This document shows, one piece after another, positions 7,572-15,517 of a stretch of 30,664 nucleotides of DNA. The stretch covers positions 1-30,664 of the forward strand of contig JACCYG010000056.1 of the NCBI GenBank assembly GCA_013696595.1, in the 5' to 3' direction. The notes below the pieces were generated by a model that ran no database searches, had not been told where the DNA came from, and worked only from the letters and a program-made list of their open reading frames with translations. The number at the start of each line of letters is the position of its first letter. The stretch's first letter is position 1. Both the position numbers and the translations under genes were made by a program. Source of the DNA: Actinomycetota bacterium (GTDB lineage Bacteria; Actinomycetota; Thermoleophilia; Gaiellales; Gaiellaceae).

Positions 7572-8177
7572 CTAGCGAGACTGGAGCGCGTCGAGCGCGA
7601 TCGCGAGCGCGACGGCGACCCGGCGGTCGATCTTTCGCTCGGAGTCGCCGCCGAGTTTCATGATGTAGCGGTCGCGGAGCCCGATCGGCCTCCGGAGGTC
7701 GCCGACCTCCGTTCCGTTCATGTGGATCGTGAAGTGGAAGACGATCGGGATGAAGTCGCCGTACGGGACGACGTCGATCACCCGGCGGAGGATCGCCACC
7801 GGGAGGCTTCGTTCGTGCGTCCAGGCGATCTCGCGCTCGTCGGCATCGAGGATCTTCCAGGTGGAGCGAAAAAGCGACTTGCCGAACACCTTCTCGAGGA
7901 CGCCGAGGCGGGCATCGTCGGGCGCGAAGACGTCGTAGCGGCCGCGAAACTCGGTGATCCCCCGCGCCTTGAGGCGGAAGAGCTCGTCGCTCTCGCTCTC
8001 GTCGGCGAAGAAGCGGATGTCCTCGCGGATCGCGAGCTTCTTCTGGCGGACGAACGCGAGCGGCTCACCCGCGCTCGCGCCGTCGTCGCCAAGCGTCGAG
8101 ATTCGGTAGAGGTTCGCGAGCGGTCGGATGAGCTGGTCGATGAAGAACCCGTCGTGGTCGAAGCGGTCCGCGTTCAT
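7572..8177 (-). CDS. LURP-one-related / scramblase (Tubby C-terminal-like) family protein
   Basis: FVRQKKLAIREDIRFFADE, ELFRLKAR, YDVFAPD..LGVL.K.FGKSLFRSTWKILD, RDRYIM..., IDRRVAVALAIALDALQSR. Repeated beta-hairpin pattern ending in a C-terminal helix. ATGA overlap with the upstream gene. Confidence 0.7.
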   Translation of the reverse strand: MNADRFDHDGFFIDQLIRPLANLYRISTLGDDGASAGEPLAFVRQKKLAIREDIRFFADESESDELFRLKARGITEFRGRYDVFAPDDARLGVLEKVFGKSLFRSTWKILDADEREIAWTHERSLPVAILRRVIDVVPYGDFIPIVFHFTIHMNGTEVGDLRRPIGLRDRYIMKLGGDSERKIDRRVAVALAIALDALQSR

Positions 8178-8917
8178 GCGAGCAGGGACGAGCCGCCGTC
8201 GACGACGACGGCCTGGCCTCGGATCATGGCCGCCTCGGGAGAGGCGAGGAAACAGACGACATCGGCTACGTCACGCGGCTCGACGAGCCGGCCGGCGGGT
8301 GTGCGGCTGCGATGGTGCTCCAGCATCTCTTCCCGGTTGGGAAAGTACTCGAGCGCGCCCGTCTCCACCAGCCCGGCCGACACGGCGTTGACGCGAATGT
8401 CCTGCGGCGCGAGCTCGACGGCGAGGTAGCGCACGAGCGACTCGAGCGCCGCTTTCGAGACCCCGACGAGCGTGTAGTTCTCGAGCACGCGGGTGCCGCC
8501 CATGCTCGAGATCGCGATGATCGAGCTCCCGGGCGGCATCTTCGGCGCTGCCACGCGCGCGAGGGTGAGGAGCGCGCGTGCGTTCGCGTTCAGTGTCCAG
8601 TCCCAGTGCTTCTCCTCGAGCTCGGCGAAGGGCCGGATCACGCCGGTGGCGGCGTTCGAGACGAGCACGTCGAGCGCTCCCGCCTCCTCGACGAGCGCTG
8701 AGGCCTTCTCGGGGTCGCCGAGATTCCCGCGCAGCAGTTTGGGCTCCGCTCCGAGCGCGCGGATCTCCTCGGCGGTCTCCTCGGCCGCGCGGTCGTTGCG
8801 GAGGTAGCTCAGGGCGACGGTCGCCGCGCCGAGCTCCGCGAGGCGCAGGGCGATTCCCTTGCCGATCCCCCGCGAGCCGCCCGTCACGAGGACGGACTTG
8901 CCCTCGAACGAGGTCAC
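8174..8917 (-). CDS. fabL: SDR oxidoreductase, enoyl-ACP reductase FabL-like
   Basis: TGGSRGIG, LVSNAATGVIRP, YTLVGVSKAALESLVRYLAVELAP..IRVNAVS. The Y-x6-K spacing and VGVSKAALE match B. subtilis FabL. Confidence 0.75.
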   Translation of the reverse strand: MTSFEGKSVLVTGGSRGIGKGIALRLAELGAATVALSYLRNDRAAEETAEEIRALGAEPKLLRGNLGDPEKASALVEEAGALDVLVSNAATGVIRPFAELEEKHWDWTLNANARALLTLARVAAPKMPPGSSIIAISSMGGTRVLENYTLVGVSKAALESLVRYLAVELAPQDIRVNAVSAGLVETGALEYFPNREEMLEHHRSRTPAGRLVEPRDVADVVCFLASPEAAMIRGQAVVVDGGSSLLA

Positions 8918-9189
8918 GAAGACGGGAGCGGTCGGGAAGCGGGCGCGTGGCTTGGGAGATGCTCCCAGCCCGCGCGGTCCTCGGGCTCGAGCGGCCCTTC
9001 TTCGGCTTTCGACGACGCGTGGCCGAGCCGGTCGAGCAGCTCGAGCTTCTCTTCGCCGTAGCGACGAACGGGGTGGCCCTCGGGTAGATCGCGGATGAGC
9101 GCTCGAACGCGAGCACGAATCTGGTACGCGAAATGCGGCGTCGCCGGGCCGACGAGGTAGTCGATGTCGTCGATCGTCGGCTCGCTCAT
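8914..9189 (-). CDS. Small hypothetical protein (91 aa)
   Basis: MSEPTIDDIDYLVGPATPHFAYQIRARVRALIRDLPEGHPVRRYGEEKLELLDRLG. The stop overlaps the fabL-like GTG (GTGA). TAGAGT lies 9 nt before the ATG. Confidence 0.75.
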   Translation of the reverse strand: MSEPTIDDIDYLVGPATPHFAYQIRARVRALIRDLPEGHPVRRYGEEKLELLDRLGHASSKAEEGPLEPEDRAGWEHLPSHAPASRPLPSS

Positions 9190-9247
9190 CGCCGCGCGAC
9201 TCTACCGAACGGCCGACACCGTTTTCGCGCGTTTATCGTCCGGAGCC

Positions 9248-10144
9248 GTGCGACACCGCGTGCCCCCAGACGTCCTGCTGCTCACGACCGTGCTCTTCTG
9301 GAGCTTCAACTTCACCGTCCTGAAGTACGCGCTGACGCACGGGTGGGAGCCTCTCTCGTTCTCGTCCGTTCGGTTCGCGATCGGCGCCGTGATTTTCTCC
9401 GCGTTCACGTTCGGTCGCGAACGGACGCTGCGCGTCCGACGGCGAGACGTCTGGCTCCTCCTCGGCGCCGCCGCTCTTGGCATCTGGCTGAACCAGCTCA
9501 GCATCGTGTACGCGGTCACGCTCACCGGCGCCGCGACGGTGGCACTCGTCTTCGGGACGCTGCCGATCTTCGTGGCGGTGATCGCCCGGGCCGCGGGGAC
9601 GGAGCACCTGCGGCTGCGCCACTGGGTTGCGACCGCGATCTCGTTCGGCGGCGTCGCGCTCGTCGCGCTCGGAGCGTCGGGCGGGATCAGGGGAGAGCTC
9701 GGCGGCGTCCTCCTCGCGCTCTGCGCCGCGGCGACCTGGGCGGGCTACTCCGTGGCAATGGGGCCGTTGATGCAGCGCTACTCGCCCTACCGCATCAGCG
9801 CGTTCGTGCTCCTCGTAGGAGCCGTCCCGCTCCTCGTCTCGGCGGCCGGGCAGCTCGCGCGACAGGACTGGGACGCCCTCGGCGGCCTCGCGTGGGCGGC
9901 GTTCGTCTACAGCCTGTTCTTCTCACTCGTCTTCACGAACATCATGTGGTTCACGGCGATCGACCGCGTCGGTGCGGCGCGCGCGTCGCTCTACGCGAAC
10001 CTCCAGCCGTTTCTCGGAGCGTTCTTTGCCCTCGTGGTGCTCTCCGAGAGCCTCGGCGCTCTCCAGGTCGCGGGCGGGTTCGTGATCGGCGCGGGCATCC
10101 TGCTCGCGCGACGAGCGAGGCCGGCCGTGGCCGGGGGCGACTAG
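9248..10144 (+). CDS. DMT superfamily EamA/RhaT transporter
   Basis: About 10 TM segments, WSFNF..K, RFAIG, A(T)WAGYS, LYANLQPFLGA..A..VLSE.L...Q..GG. The start at GTG 9248 (after TATCGT) is an estimate. Confidence 0.92.
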   Translation: MRHRVPPDVLLLTTVLFWSFNFTVLKYALTHGWEPLSFSSVRFAIGAVIFSAFTFGRERTLRVRRRDVWLLLGAAALGIWLNQLSIVYAVTLTGAATVALVFGTLPIFVAVIARAAGTEHLRLRHWVATAISFGGVALVALGASGGIRGELGGVLLALCAAATWAGYSVAMGPLMQRYSPYRISAFVLLVGAVPLLVSAAGQLARQDWDALGGLAWAAFVYSLFFSLVFTNIMWFTAIDRVGAARASLYANLQPFLGAFFALVVLSESLGALQVAGGFVIGAGILLARRARPAVAGGD

Positions 10145-10181
10145 CCGCGGCGTTGTAAGCACGCTGGAAGCCATCAGAACG

Positions 10182-10200
10182 GGATAGGGCACTATCCTTT
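10182..10200 (+). terminator. Hairpin GGATAG-GGCA-CTATCC followed by TTT (possible terminator or operator, overlapping a TATCCT -10)
   Basis: Perfect 6-bp inverted repeat ~40 nt after the EamA stop, with a short U tract. Confidence 0.4.
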
Positions 10201-10206
10201 CGAGGG

Positions 10207-10239
10207 ATGCCCGCGAGCGACGAGATCGCGTCCTTTTGA
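10207..10239 (+). other. Putative 10-codon upstream ORF (MPASDEIASF*) whose stop overlaps the downstream TTG start
   Basis: ATG 10207 lies 8 nt after TATCCT. TGA 10237-10239 overlaps TTG 10236-10238 (TTGA). Confidence 0.4.
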
Positions 10240-10880
10240 GCGAACGCACGCTCGTCGTCGACTTCGACGGCACGGTCACCGAAGAGGATCTACTCGACAC
10301 GATCGCGAGCACCTTCGGCGACCCAATCGTGTACCAGGAGGTCGAGGACGGCCTCCACGGCGGCCAGATGTCCTTGAAGGACGTGATCACCCGCGAGTTC
10401 GAGCCTGTGCGGCGTCCGCTCGACGAGGTCGTCCGCTGGGAGCTCGACAACGTCCGCATCCGCCCCGGGTTCAGAGAGCTCGTCGAGCTCGCGGAGGAGC
10501 GCGGCTGGCGCTTCGCCATCGTCTCGAGCGGCTTCCACGAGCTCATCGAACCGATCCTCGAGCGCGAGGGAGTCGACGTCGAGCTGCACGCGAACCGGGT
10601 CGACGCGCGGCCCGACGGCTGGCGCGTCCGGTGGCAGTACGGCGAGGACTGCGGATCGTGCGGAGAGTCGTGCAAACGGTCGGTCGCCGAGGAGCTCGCG
10701 GGCGAGGAGGAGCTCGTCTACATCGGCGACGGCTACTCCGACCGGTGCGCGGCCGAGCTTGCCGATCGAGTCTTCGCGCGGCGTGGACTCGCCGAGTGGA
10801 TGGACGAGCACGGCCTCCCCTACGAGCCTTTCGAGGATTTCTTCGACGTGACGAAGAGCCTCGACGGGGCGGCTCGATGA
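10236..10880 (+). CDS. HAD-superfamily subfamily IB phosphatase, MtnX-like
   Basis: DFDGTVT (motif I), IVSSG (II), CK, YIGDGYSDRCAA (IV), VFAR, FEDF. Confidence 0.88.
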   Translation: MSERTLVVDFDGTVTEEDLLDTIASTFGDPIVYQEVEDGLHGGQMSLKDVITREFEPVRRPLDEVVRWELDNVRIRPGFRELVELAEERGWRFAIVSSGFHELIEPILEREGVDVELHANRVDARPDGWRVRWQYGEDCGSCGESCKRSVAEELAGEEELVYIGDGYSDRCAAELADRVFARRGLAEWMDEHGLPYEPFEDFFDVTKSLDGAAR

Positions 10881-12346
10881 CCGCCGACGAAGAGCTGGGC
10901 ACGCCGCCGCAGACGTCGCCGCCTACGGGCTCGGACGTCGACCCGCTCGAGCTCGACGCTGGCACGATGCGCGAGCTCGGCTATCGCATCGTCGACCTCC
11001 TCGTCGACCGGATCGGCTCCCTCGACGAGACCCGCGCCTGGCGCGGCGCGTCGCGGGCGGAGATGGAGTCGCGGCTGCGCGAGCCGCCGCCCGATCGCGC
11101 GACGGACTTCGACGAGCTCCTGCGGCGCCTCGCCAGCGACGTCCTGCCTTTCGCCGGGCACCACGACCATCCGCGCTTCTTCGGCTACATCCCGAGCTGT
11201 CCGACCTGGCCCGGGATCCTCGGCGACTTCCTCGCGAGCGGTGTGAACACGTTCCAGGGAACGTGGCTCCAGTCCGCGGGCGCGAGCACGGTCGAGCTGG
11301 TCGTGATCGACTGGTTCCGCCAGTGGGTCGGGTACCCGGGCCAGGCCTCGGGGATTCTCCTGAGCGGCGGGTCGCAGGCGAACCTGACTGCGCTCGCGTG
11401 CGCGCGGGAGACTCAGCCCGGCGGGAGGACGGACAACGCCGTCGTCTATCTGTCCAGCCAGGGCCATTCGTCGGTCGCCCGCGCGTTGCGCGTGCTCGGC
11501 TTCGCGTCCGAGCAGGTGCGGGCGCTTCCGGTGGAAGATCGTTACCGCCTGCGTCCCGACGCGCTCGCGGCGGCAATCGAGAACGACGTCCGAGCCGGCC
11601 GCCAGCCGTTCCTCGTCGTCGCGAACGCGGGCGCGACGAGCACGGGCGCGGTCGACCCGCTCGGTGAGATCGCTTCGATCTGCGCCGAGCAGAGCGTCTG
11701 GCTCCACGTCGACGCGGCCTACGGGGGATTCGCCGTCCTGACCGATCGCGGACGCTCGCTCCTCGCGGGGATCGAGCAGGCCGACTCGGTCACCCTCGAC
11801 CCGCACAAGTGGCTCTACCAGCCCTACGAGGCCGGCTGCCTCCTCGTCCGCGAGGGGCCGCTGCTGAGCCGCGCGTTCCACATCATGCCCGACTATCTCC
11901 AGGACACCGCCGTCGGAGGCGTCGAGGTCAACTTCGCCGACCGCGGCGTTCAGCTCACCCGCTCGGCCCGCGCGCTCAAGCTCTGGCTCTCGCTGCAGTA
12001 TTTCGGCGTCGACGCGTTTCGCGCAGCGATCGACCGCTCGCTCGATCTCGCTCTGCTCGCGCAGGAACGGATCGAGGCCTCGTCTGAGCTCGAGCTGCTC
12101 TCGCCGGCGACGCTCGGGATCGTGTGCTTCCGCAGGCGGCCTGCCGGCGTGGTGGAGGAAGGGACCCTCGAGCGGCTGAACTCCGACCTCGACCGCCGGC
12201 TCGCGGAGAGCGGGGAGGGCATGATCTCGTCGACTCGCATCGACGGGCGCTACGCGCTTCGCCTGTGCGTCCTGAATCACCGCAGCCGCGCGGAGGATGT
12301 CGAACGCGTGCTCGGCTGGCTCGAGCGCGCTCCGCTTCCGTCTTAG
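10877..12346 (+). CDS. Group II PLP-dependent decarboxylase (aromatic-L-amino-acid decarboxylase-like)
   Basis: HPRFFGYIP, SGGSQANL, AGATSTGAVDPL, WLHVDAAYGG, SVTLDPHKWLYQPYEAG (PLP lysine), QLTRSARALKLW. ATGA overlap with the phosphatase gene. Confidence 0.93.
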   Translation: MTADEELGTPPQTSPPTGSDVDPLELDAGTMRELGYRIVDLLVDRIGSLDETRAWRGASRAEMESRLREPPPDRATDFDELLRRLASDVLPFAGHHDHPRFFGYIPSCPTWPGILGDFLASGVNTFQGTWLQSAGASTVELVVIDWFRQWVGYPGQASGILLSGGSQANLTALACARETQPGGRTDNAVVYLSSQGHSSVARALRVLGFASEQVRALPVEDRYRLRPDALAAAIENDVRAGRQPFLVVANAGATSTGAVDPLGEIASICAEQSVWLHVDAAYGGFAVLTDRGRSLLAGIEQADSVTLDPHKWLYQPYEAGCLLVREGPLLSRAFHIMPDYLQDTAVGGVEVNFADRGVQLTRSARALKLWLSLQYFGVDAFRAAIDRSLDLALLAQERIEASSELELLSPATLGIVCFRRRPAGVVEEGTLERLNSDLDRRLAESGEGMISSTRIDGRYALRLCVLNHRSRAEDVERVLGWLERAPLPS

Positions 12347-12351
12347 CGTTC

Positions 12352-13182
12352 GTGCTCCTCCGGCTCCCCGAGCCGTACGACTTCGACCTCTCGATGGAAC
12401 GCTTCCGCGCGTTCGGACGCGACCCGGTCAGTCTCTGGGAGGACGGACGGCTCTACCGCGTCTTCGACGACCGCGAGGTTGCGATGGCGGGGGCCGCGAC
12501 GGGAGGCGTGAGCGTCGAGCCGGGAGATCGTGGTCTGACGGGGCCCGTGCGCCGCTTTCTCGGCGCGACATTCGATCTCGACGGGTTCGCCGCTTTCGCC
12601 GCTTCGGACCCGGTGCTGCGGGATGTCGTCGGGCGGCTCCCCGGCCTCCGGCCCGTTCTCATCCCGGATCCGCTCGAGATGCTCGTCGGCTCGATCACTG
12701 CACAGCAGGTCTCGCTCCACGCTGCGACTGCGATCCGGAGGAGGCTCGTCGAGCGGTTCGGACGGCCGGTCGGCCGGGTCTACGCCTTTCCGCGGCGCGA
12801 CGAGCTCGCGCGCGCGTCTGCGGACGAGGTGACCGCACTCGGATTCTCGCGGCGAAAGGCCGAGTACACGCTTGCGCTTGCCCGTTCGGAGCTCGACCTG
12901 GACGCGCTCGCCGCCCTCCCGGACGAGGAGGTGAAGCGGGTGCTCACCGCGCTTCCTGGCATCGGCGAATGGACGGCGGACTGGTTCCTCGCGCGTCACC
13001 TCGGTCGTCCGGAGGCATGGCCCGCAGGTGATCTTGGCCTGCGCAAGGCCGTCTCCGCGTTCTATCTCGACGGGCGTGATGCGACGATCGAAGAGGTCCG
13101 CGCGATCGGCGAGCGCTTTTCGACGTTCCGCAATCTCGCGGCTCACTACCTGCTCGTCGCGCTTAGGGTTCTCGGTCGATGA
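12352..13182 (+). CDS. alkA: DNA-3-methyladenine glycosylase II (AlkA family, no Ada domain)
   Basis: DPLEMLVGSITAQQVS, FP..D.LA, LGFSRRKAEY, HhH motif LPGIGEWTAD, AWPAGDLGLRKA. Confidence 0.85.
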   Translation: MLLRLPEPYDFDLSMERFRAFGRDPVSLWEDGRLYRVFDDREVAMAGAATGGVSVEPGDRGLTGPVRRFLGATFDLDGFAAFAASDPVLRDVVGRLPGLRPVLIPDPLEMLVGSITAQQVSLHAATAIRRRLVERFGRPVGRVYAFPRRDELARASADEVTALGFSRRKAEYTLALARSELDLDALAALPDEEVKRVLTALPGIGEWTADWFLARHLGRPEAWPAGDLGLRKAVSAFYLDGRDATIEEVRAIGERFSTFRNLAAHYLLVALRVLGR

Positions 13183-13946
13183 CCTACCGGACGCGTGTCG
13201 AGGGACCGCCCACCGAGGAAACGCTTCGCTCCCTGATCGAAGAAGCGCGTGAACAAGGGGCCGATGAGCTTGTCGTCGAGACGACCCACGAGGCGGGCGA
13301 CGCATGGATCCGAGCGGGGTTCACCGAGCTCTCGCGCGTGCTCACCGCTCCGCTCGCGAACCTCGAGCGCCATGTCGGAGCCGACCGGCCGGCTTCGTAC
13401 GGTTCGATCCACGTCCAGAGCGACGACATCGACGCGGTCGTCCGTGGCGTGCGCCAGTTCGTGCCGCGGCTTCCGGGCGGCTCGCGGGGAAGCGTCGTCC
13501 TGCCGCCGCGCGATGGCTGGACCTCCGTGTACGACGAGCTCTGCGACCGGGAGCCCGAGATGCTACGGCGCCTCGCGCGGGAGCTCTCCGACCGCATGGG
13601 CGCGTTCGTCCTCGCGCTGGGCGCGGAAGAGGGCGCGGTCGTCCGCTACGTCGCGCTCGAGCGCGGCCGCGTCGTTGACGAGTACCTCTCGGTTCCCGAG
13701 CACTACGGATCTTTGCCGCCGGGTGAGGTGATCGCTCTCGGAGCCAACCCGCGCCTGATGTCCCGGCTCACCGGTGCGGACACGGACAGCGTGCGCGAGG
13801 TCGCTCGGACTGCGCGAGCTTCGGACGAGCTTCCGTCCGCCGCCGAGCTGCTCGTCACCGTCGCCGACGTCTTCGGCATTCCGGACGCGGGACACGGGTA
13901 CGAGGGCGCGGTCGAGCACGCCGACGCGATCCCGGTCGCTCGCTAG
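13179..13946 (+). CDS. Hypothetical protein (255 aa) with a truncated GNAT-like N-terminus
   Basis: N-terminal LRSLIEEAREQGADELVVET..A..AW..AGF.E..R resembles the C-terminal half of GNAT folds. The rest (SYGSIHVQSDD...GWTSVYDELCDR...VDEYLSVPEHYG...ANPRLMSRLTGAD) is unassigned. ATGA overlap with alkA. Confidence 0.75.
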   Translation: MTYRTRVEGPPTEETLRSLIEEAREQGADELVVETTHEAGDAWIRAGFTELSRVLTAPLANLERHVGADRPASYGSIHVQSDDIDAVVRGVRQFVPRLPGGSRGSVVLPPRDGWTSVYDELCDREPEMLRRLARELSDRMGAFVLALGAEEGAVVRYVALERGRVVDEYLSVPEHYGSLPPGEVIALGANPRLMSRLTGADTDSVREVARTARASDELPSAAELLVTVADVFGIPDAGHGYEGAVEHADAIPVAR

Positions 13947-13963
13947 AGCGGCCCGCAGCCGCC

Positions 13964-13988
13964 GGGCGGGGCAAGGCCCCGCCCCTAC
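13964..13988 (-). repeat. GTAG-headed REP-like hairpin, copy 5 (most perfect)
   Basis: Minus strand GTAG-GGGCGGGGC-CTT-GCCCCGCCC, a 9-bp perfect stem. On the plus strand its CTAC end continues into a TACAAT -10. Confidence 0.8.
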
Positions 13989-13997
13989 AATGATGGC

Positions 13998-14594
13998 GTG
14001 CTGACGCTCTACGACGCGGCCCGCTGTCCGTTCGCCGCGCGCGTTCGGATCGTCCTCGCCGAGAAGGACATTCCCTACGAGCCGGTCGAGATCGACCTCG
14101 ACAACCGGCCGGCGTGGCTCTACGAGAAGAGCCCGGTAGGCCTTGTCCCGGTGCTCGAGGAGGACGGCGGCTTCGTGCTGGCCGAGTCTCGCGTGATCAT
14201 GGAGTACCTCGATGAGCGCTTTCCCGAGCCTTCGCTCATGCCGGAGGATTCCGCGGAACGAGCGCTTGTGCGCCTTGCGATCGAACGGTTCGACGATCTC
14301 GGCGCGCCCTACTACGACCTGCGCCGAGAACGCTCCGCTGCCTCGGCCGAGGGGCTGCACGAGGAGCTGGCGCGCCTCGATGGAACCCTGGGCGAGCGGC
14401 CCTTCCTCTCGGGTGCCGACTACGGCCTGGCCGACATCGCCTACGTGCCCTGGATCCTCCGCGCGGAGGCGATGCTCGACGTCGACATCCGTCCCCACGC
14501 GTCTCTTGCCGCCTGGCGCGACCGGCTTGCCGAGCGCGCCGCGATCGCTCAGGAGATCGAGCTCCTCGGGATGGTCGCCGCGGCGCGCGCCTGA
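13998..14594 (+). CDS. Glutathione S-transferase family protein (SspA/GST-like)
   Basis: LYDAARCPFAARVRIVLAEKDIPYE, G.VP.LE, L.ESRVIMEYLDERFPEP.LMP, FLSG..YGLADIAYVPW (N-capping box). Confidence 0.9.
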   Translation: MLTLYDAARCPFAARVRIVLAEKDIPYEPVEIDLDNRPAWLYEKSPVGLVPVLEEDGGFVLAESRVIMEYLDERFPEPSLMPEDSAERALVRLAIERFDDLGAPYYDLRRERSAASAEGLHEELARLDGTLGERPFLSGADYGLADIAYVPWILRAEAMLDVDIRPHASLAAWRDRLAERAAIAQEIELLGMVAAARA

Positions 14595-14602
14595 TCTCAC
14601 GG

Positions 14603-15517
14603 GTGCCAACACGGACGACCGAGCGGGGGCCGAGCCTCCGTCCGGCGGTCGCCGTCTGGGCTCTCGTCGGCCTCGTGGGGGTCGCCGTCGCGGCGACCTA
14701 CGCGCGCCTTCCGCCGTCTTCGTTCTACAACGTGAGCGAAGGAGGCATCGACGGAGGGCTCGGCCGCGCGCTCGTCTACTCGAACTTCCCGGTCGCGTTG
14801 ATCGCGCTCGCCGTCGCGGCGCTCGTGGCCGACCGGCTGGACGAGCGGCTCTCCGACGCGGCGTCCGTCGTCGCGGTCGCACTCTGCCTGGTCGTCGCGG
14901 CGCCGGGTGTGGTCGACCAGAACGACCTCGACGCCAAGGCTCTGAACGCGATTCCGTTCTTCGGCGTACTGCTCGTCCTCGCTCTGACCGTCGTCGCCGT
15001 CGGGCGCGCCGGTCTCGGGAGGAGCACGCCCCCGCGACCGGGTGATCCCGTTCGACTCGCCCTCGCCGCCCTCCTCGCGCTCGCGGCGATCCCGTGGCTC
15101 TTCGCCGAGCTCGGCTTCTACGTGGACGACGTTCCCGGGCTCGGCGCCGTCTTCATGAGCGATGAAATCGTCCCCGAGCCGGGACACCCCGACCTCCGTG
15201 CGGTCCACCTCGGACACCACCATGGGACGGACGGCGTCCTCTTCGCCCTCTCCGCGCTCGTCCTCTCGCGTGAGCTTGCCGCGATGCGCCGGCCCGCTCT
15301 CCGGGCGGTGCTGGCCGGGTATCTCTCGCTCATGCTCGTGTACGGGATCGCGAACGCGCTCGAGGACTTCTGGCTCGAGCAGCTCGTCAAGCGCGACGTC
15401 ACGTCGTTCAAGCTTCCCGGAATGCTGCGACCGGACCTCGCTCCGGAGTGGGCGGCGATCGTCCTCGCCGCCGCGCTCGTCTACGTCTTCGCTTTCCGAC
15501 CGGCGGCGCGCACATGA
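14603..15517 (+). CDS. Multi-pass membrane hypothetical protein (304 aa) with a VHLGHHHG motif
   Basis: About 7-8 hydrophobic segments. Hydrophilic loops carry VVDQNDLDAK, AVHLGHHHGTDG and NALEDFWLEQLVKR. The stop overlaps the next ATG. Confidence 0.8.
   Translation: MPTRTTERGPSLRPAVAVWALVGLVGVAVAATYARLPPSSFYNVSEGGIDGGLGRALVYSNFPVALIALAVAALVADRLDERLSDAASVVAVALCLVVAAPGVVDQNDLDAKALNAIPFFGVLLVLALTVVAVGRAGLGRSTPPRPGDPVRLALAALLALAAIPWLFAELGFYVDDVPGLGAVFMSDEIVPEPGHPDLRAVHLGHHHGTDGVLFALSALVLSRELAAMRRPALRAVLAGYLSLMLVYGIANALEDFWLEQLVKRDVTSFKLPGMLRPDLAPEWAAIVLAAALVYVFAFRPAART

Noticed and set aside
10148-10180. Minus-strand GGCTTCCAGCGTG, reminiscent of the SAM/SAH riboswitch core near an MtnX-like gene
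   Set aside because: Wrong strand for the downstream gene and wrong element order; not upstream of any minus-strand gene.
10631-10876. Track-predicted N-terminal extensions (decarboxylase from 10631, lutB from 18855, pabC-like from 20422, cNMP protein from 23612, alkA from 12124, rhodanese from 15876)
   Set aside because: They overlap neighbouring real genes. Downstream starts with 4-nt stop/start overlaps or -10 boxes fit much better.
10236-10880. Assigning mtnX and a methionine salvage pathway
   Set aside because: No mtnA/B/D/K/W neighbours. Motifs support only the HAD-IB family, so no gene symbol was given.
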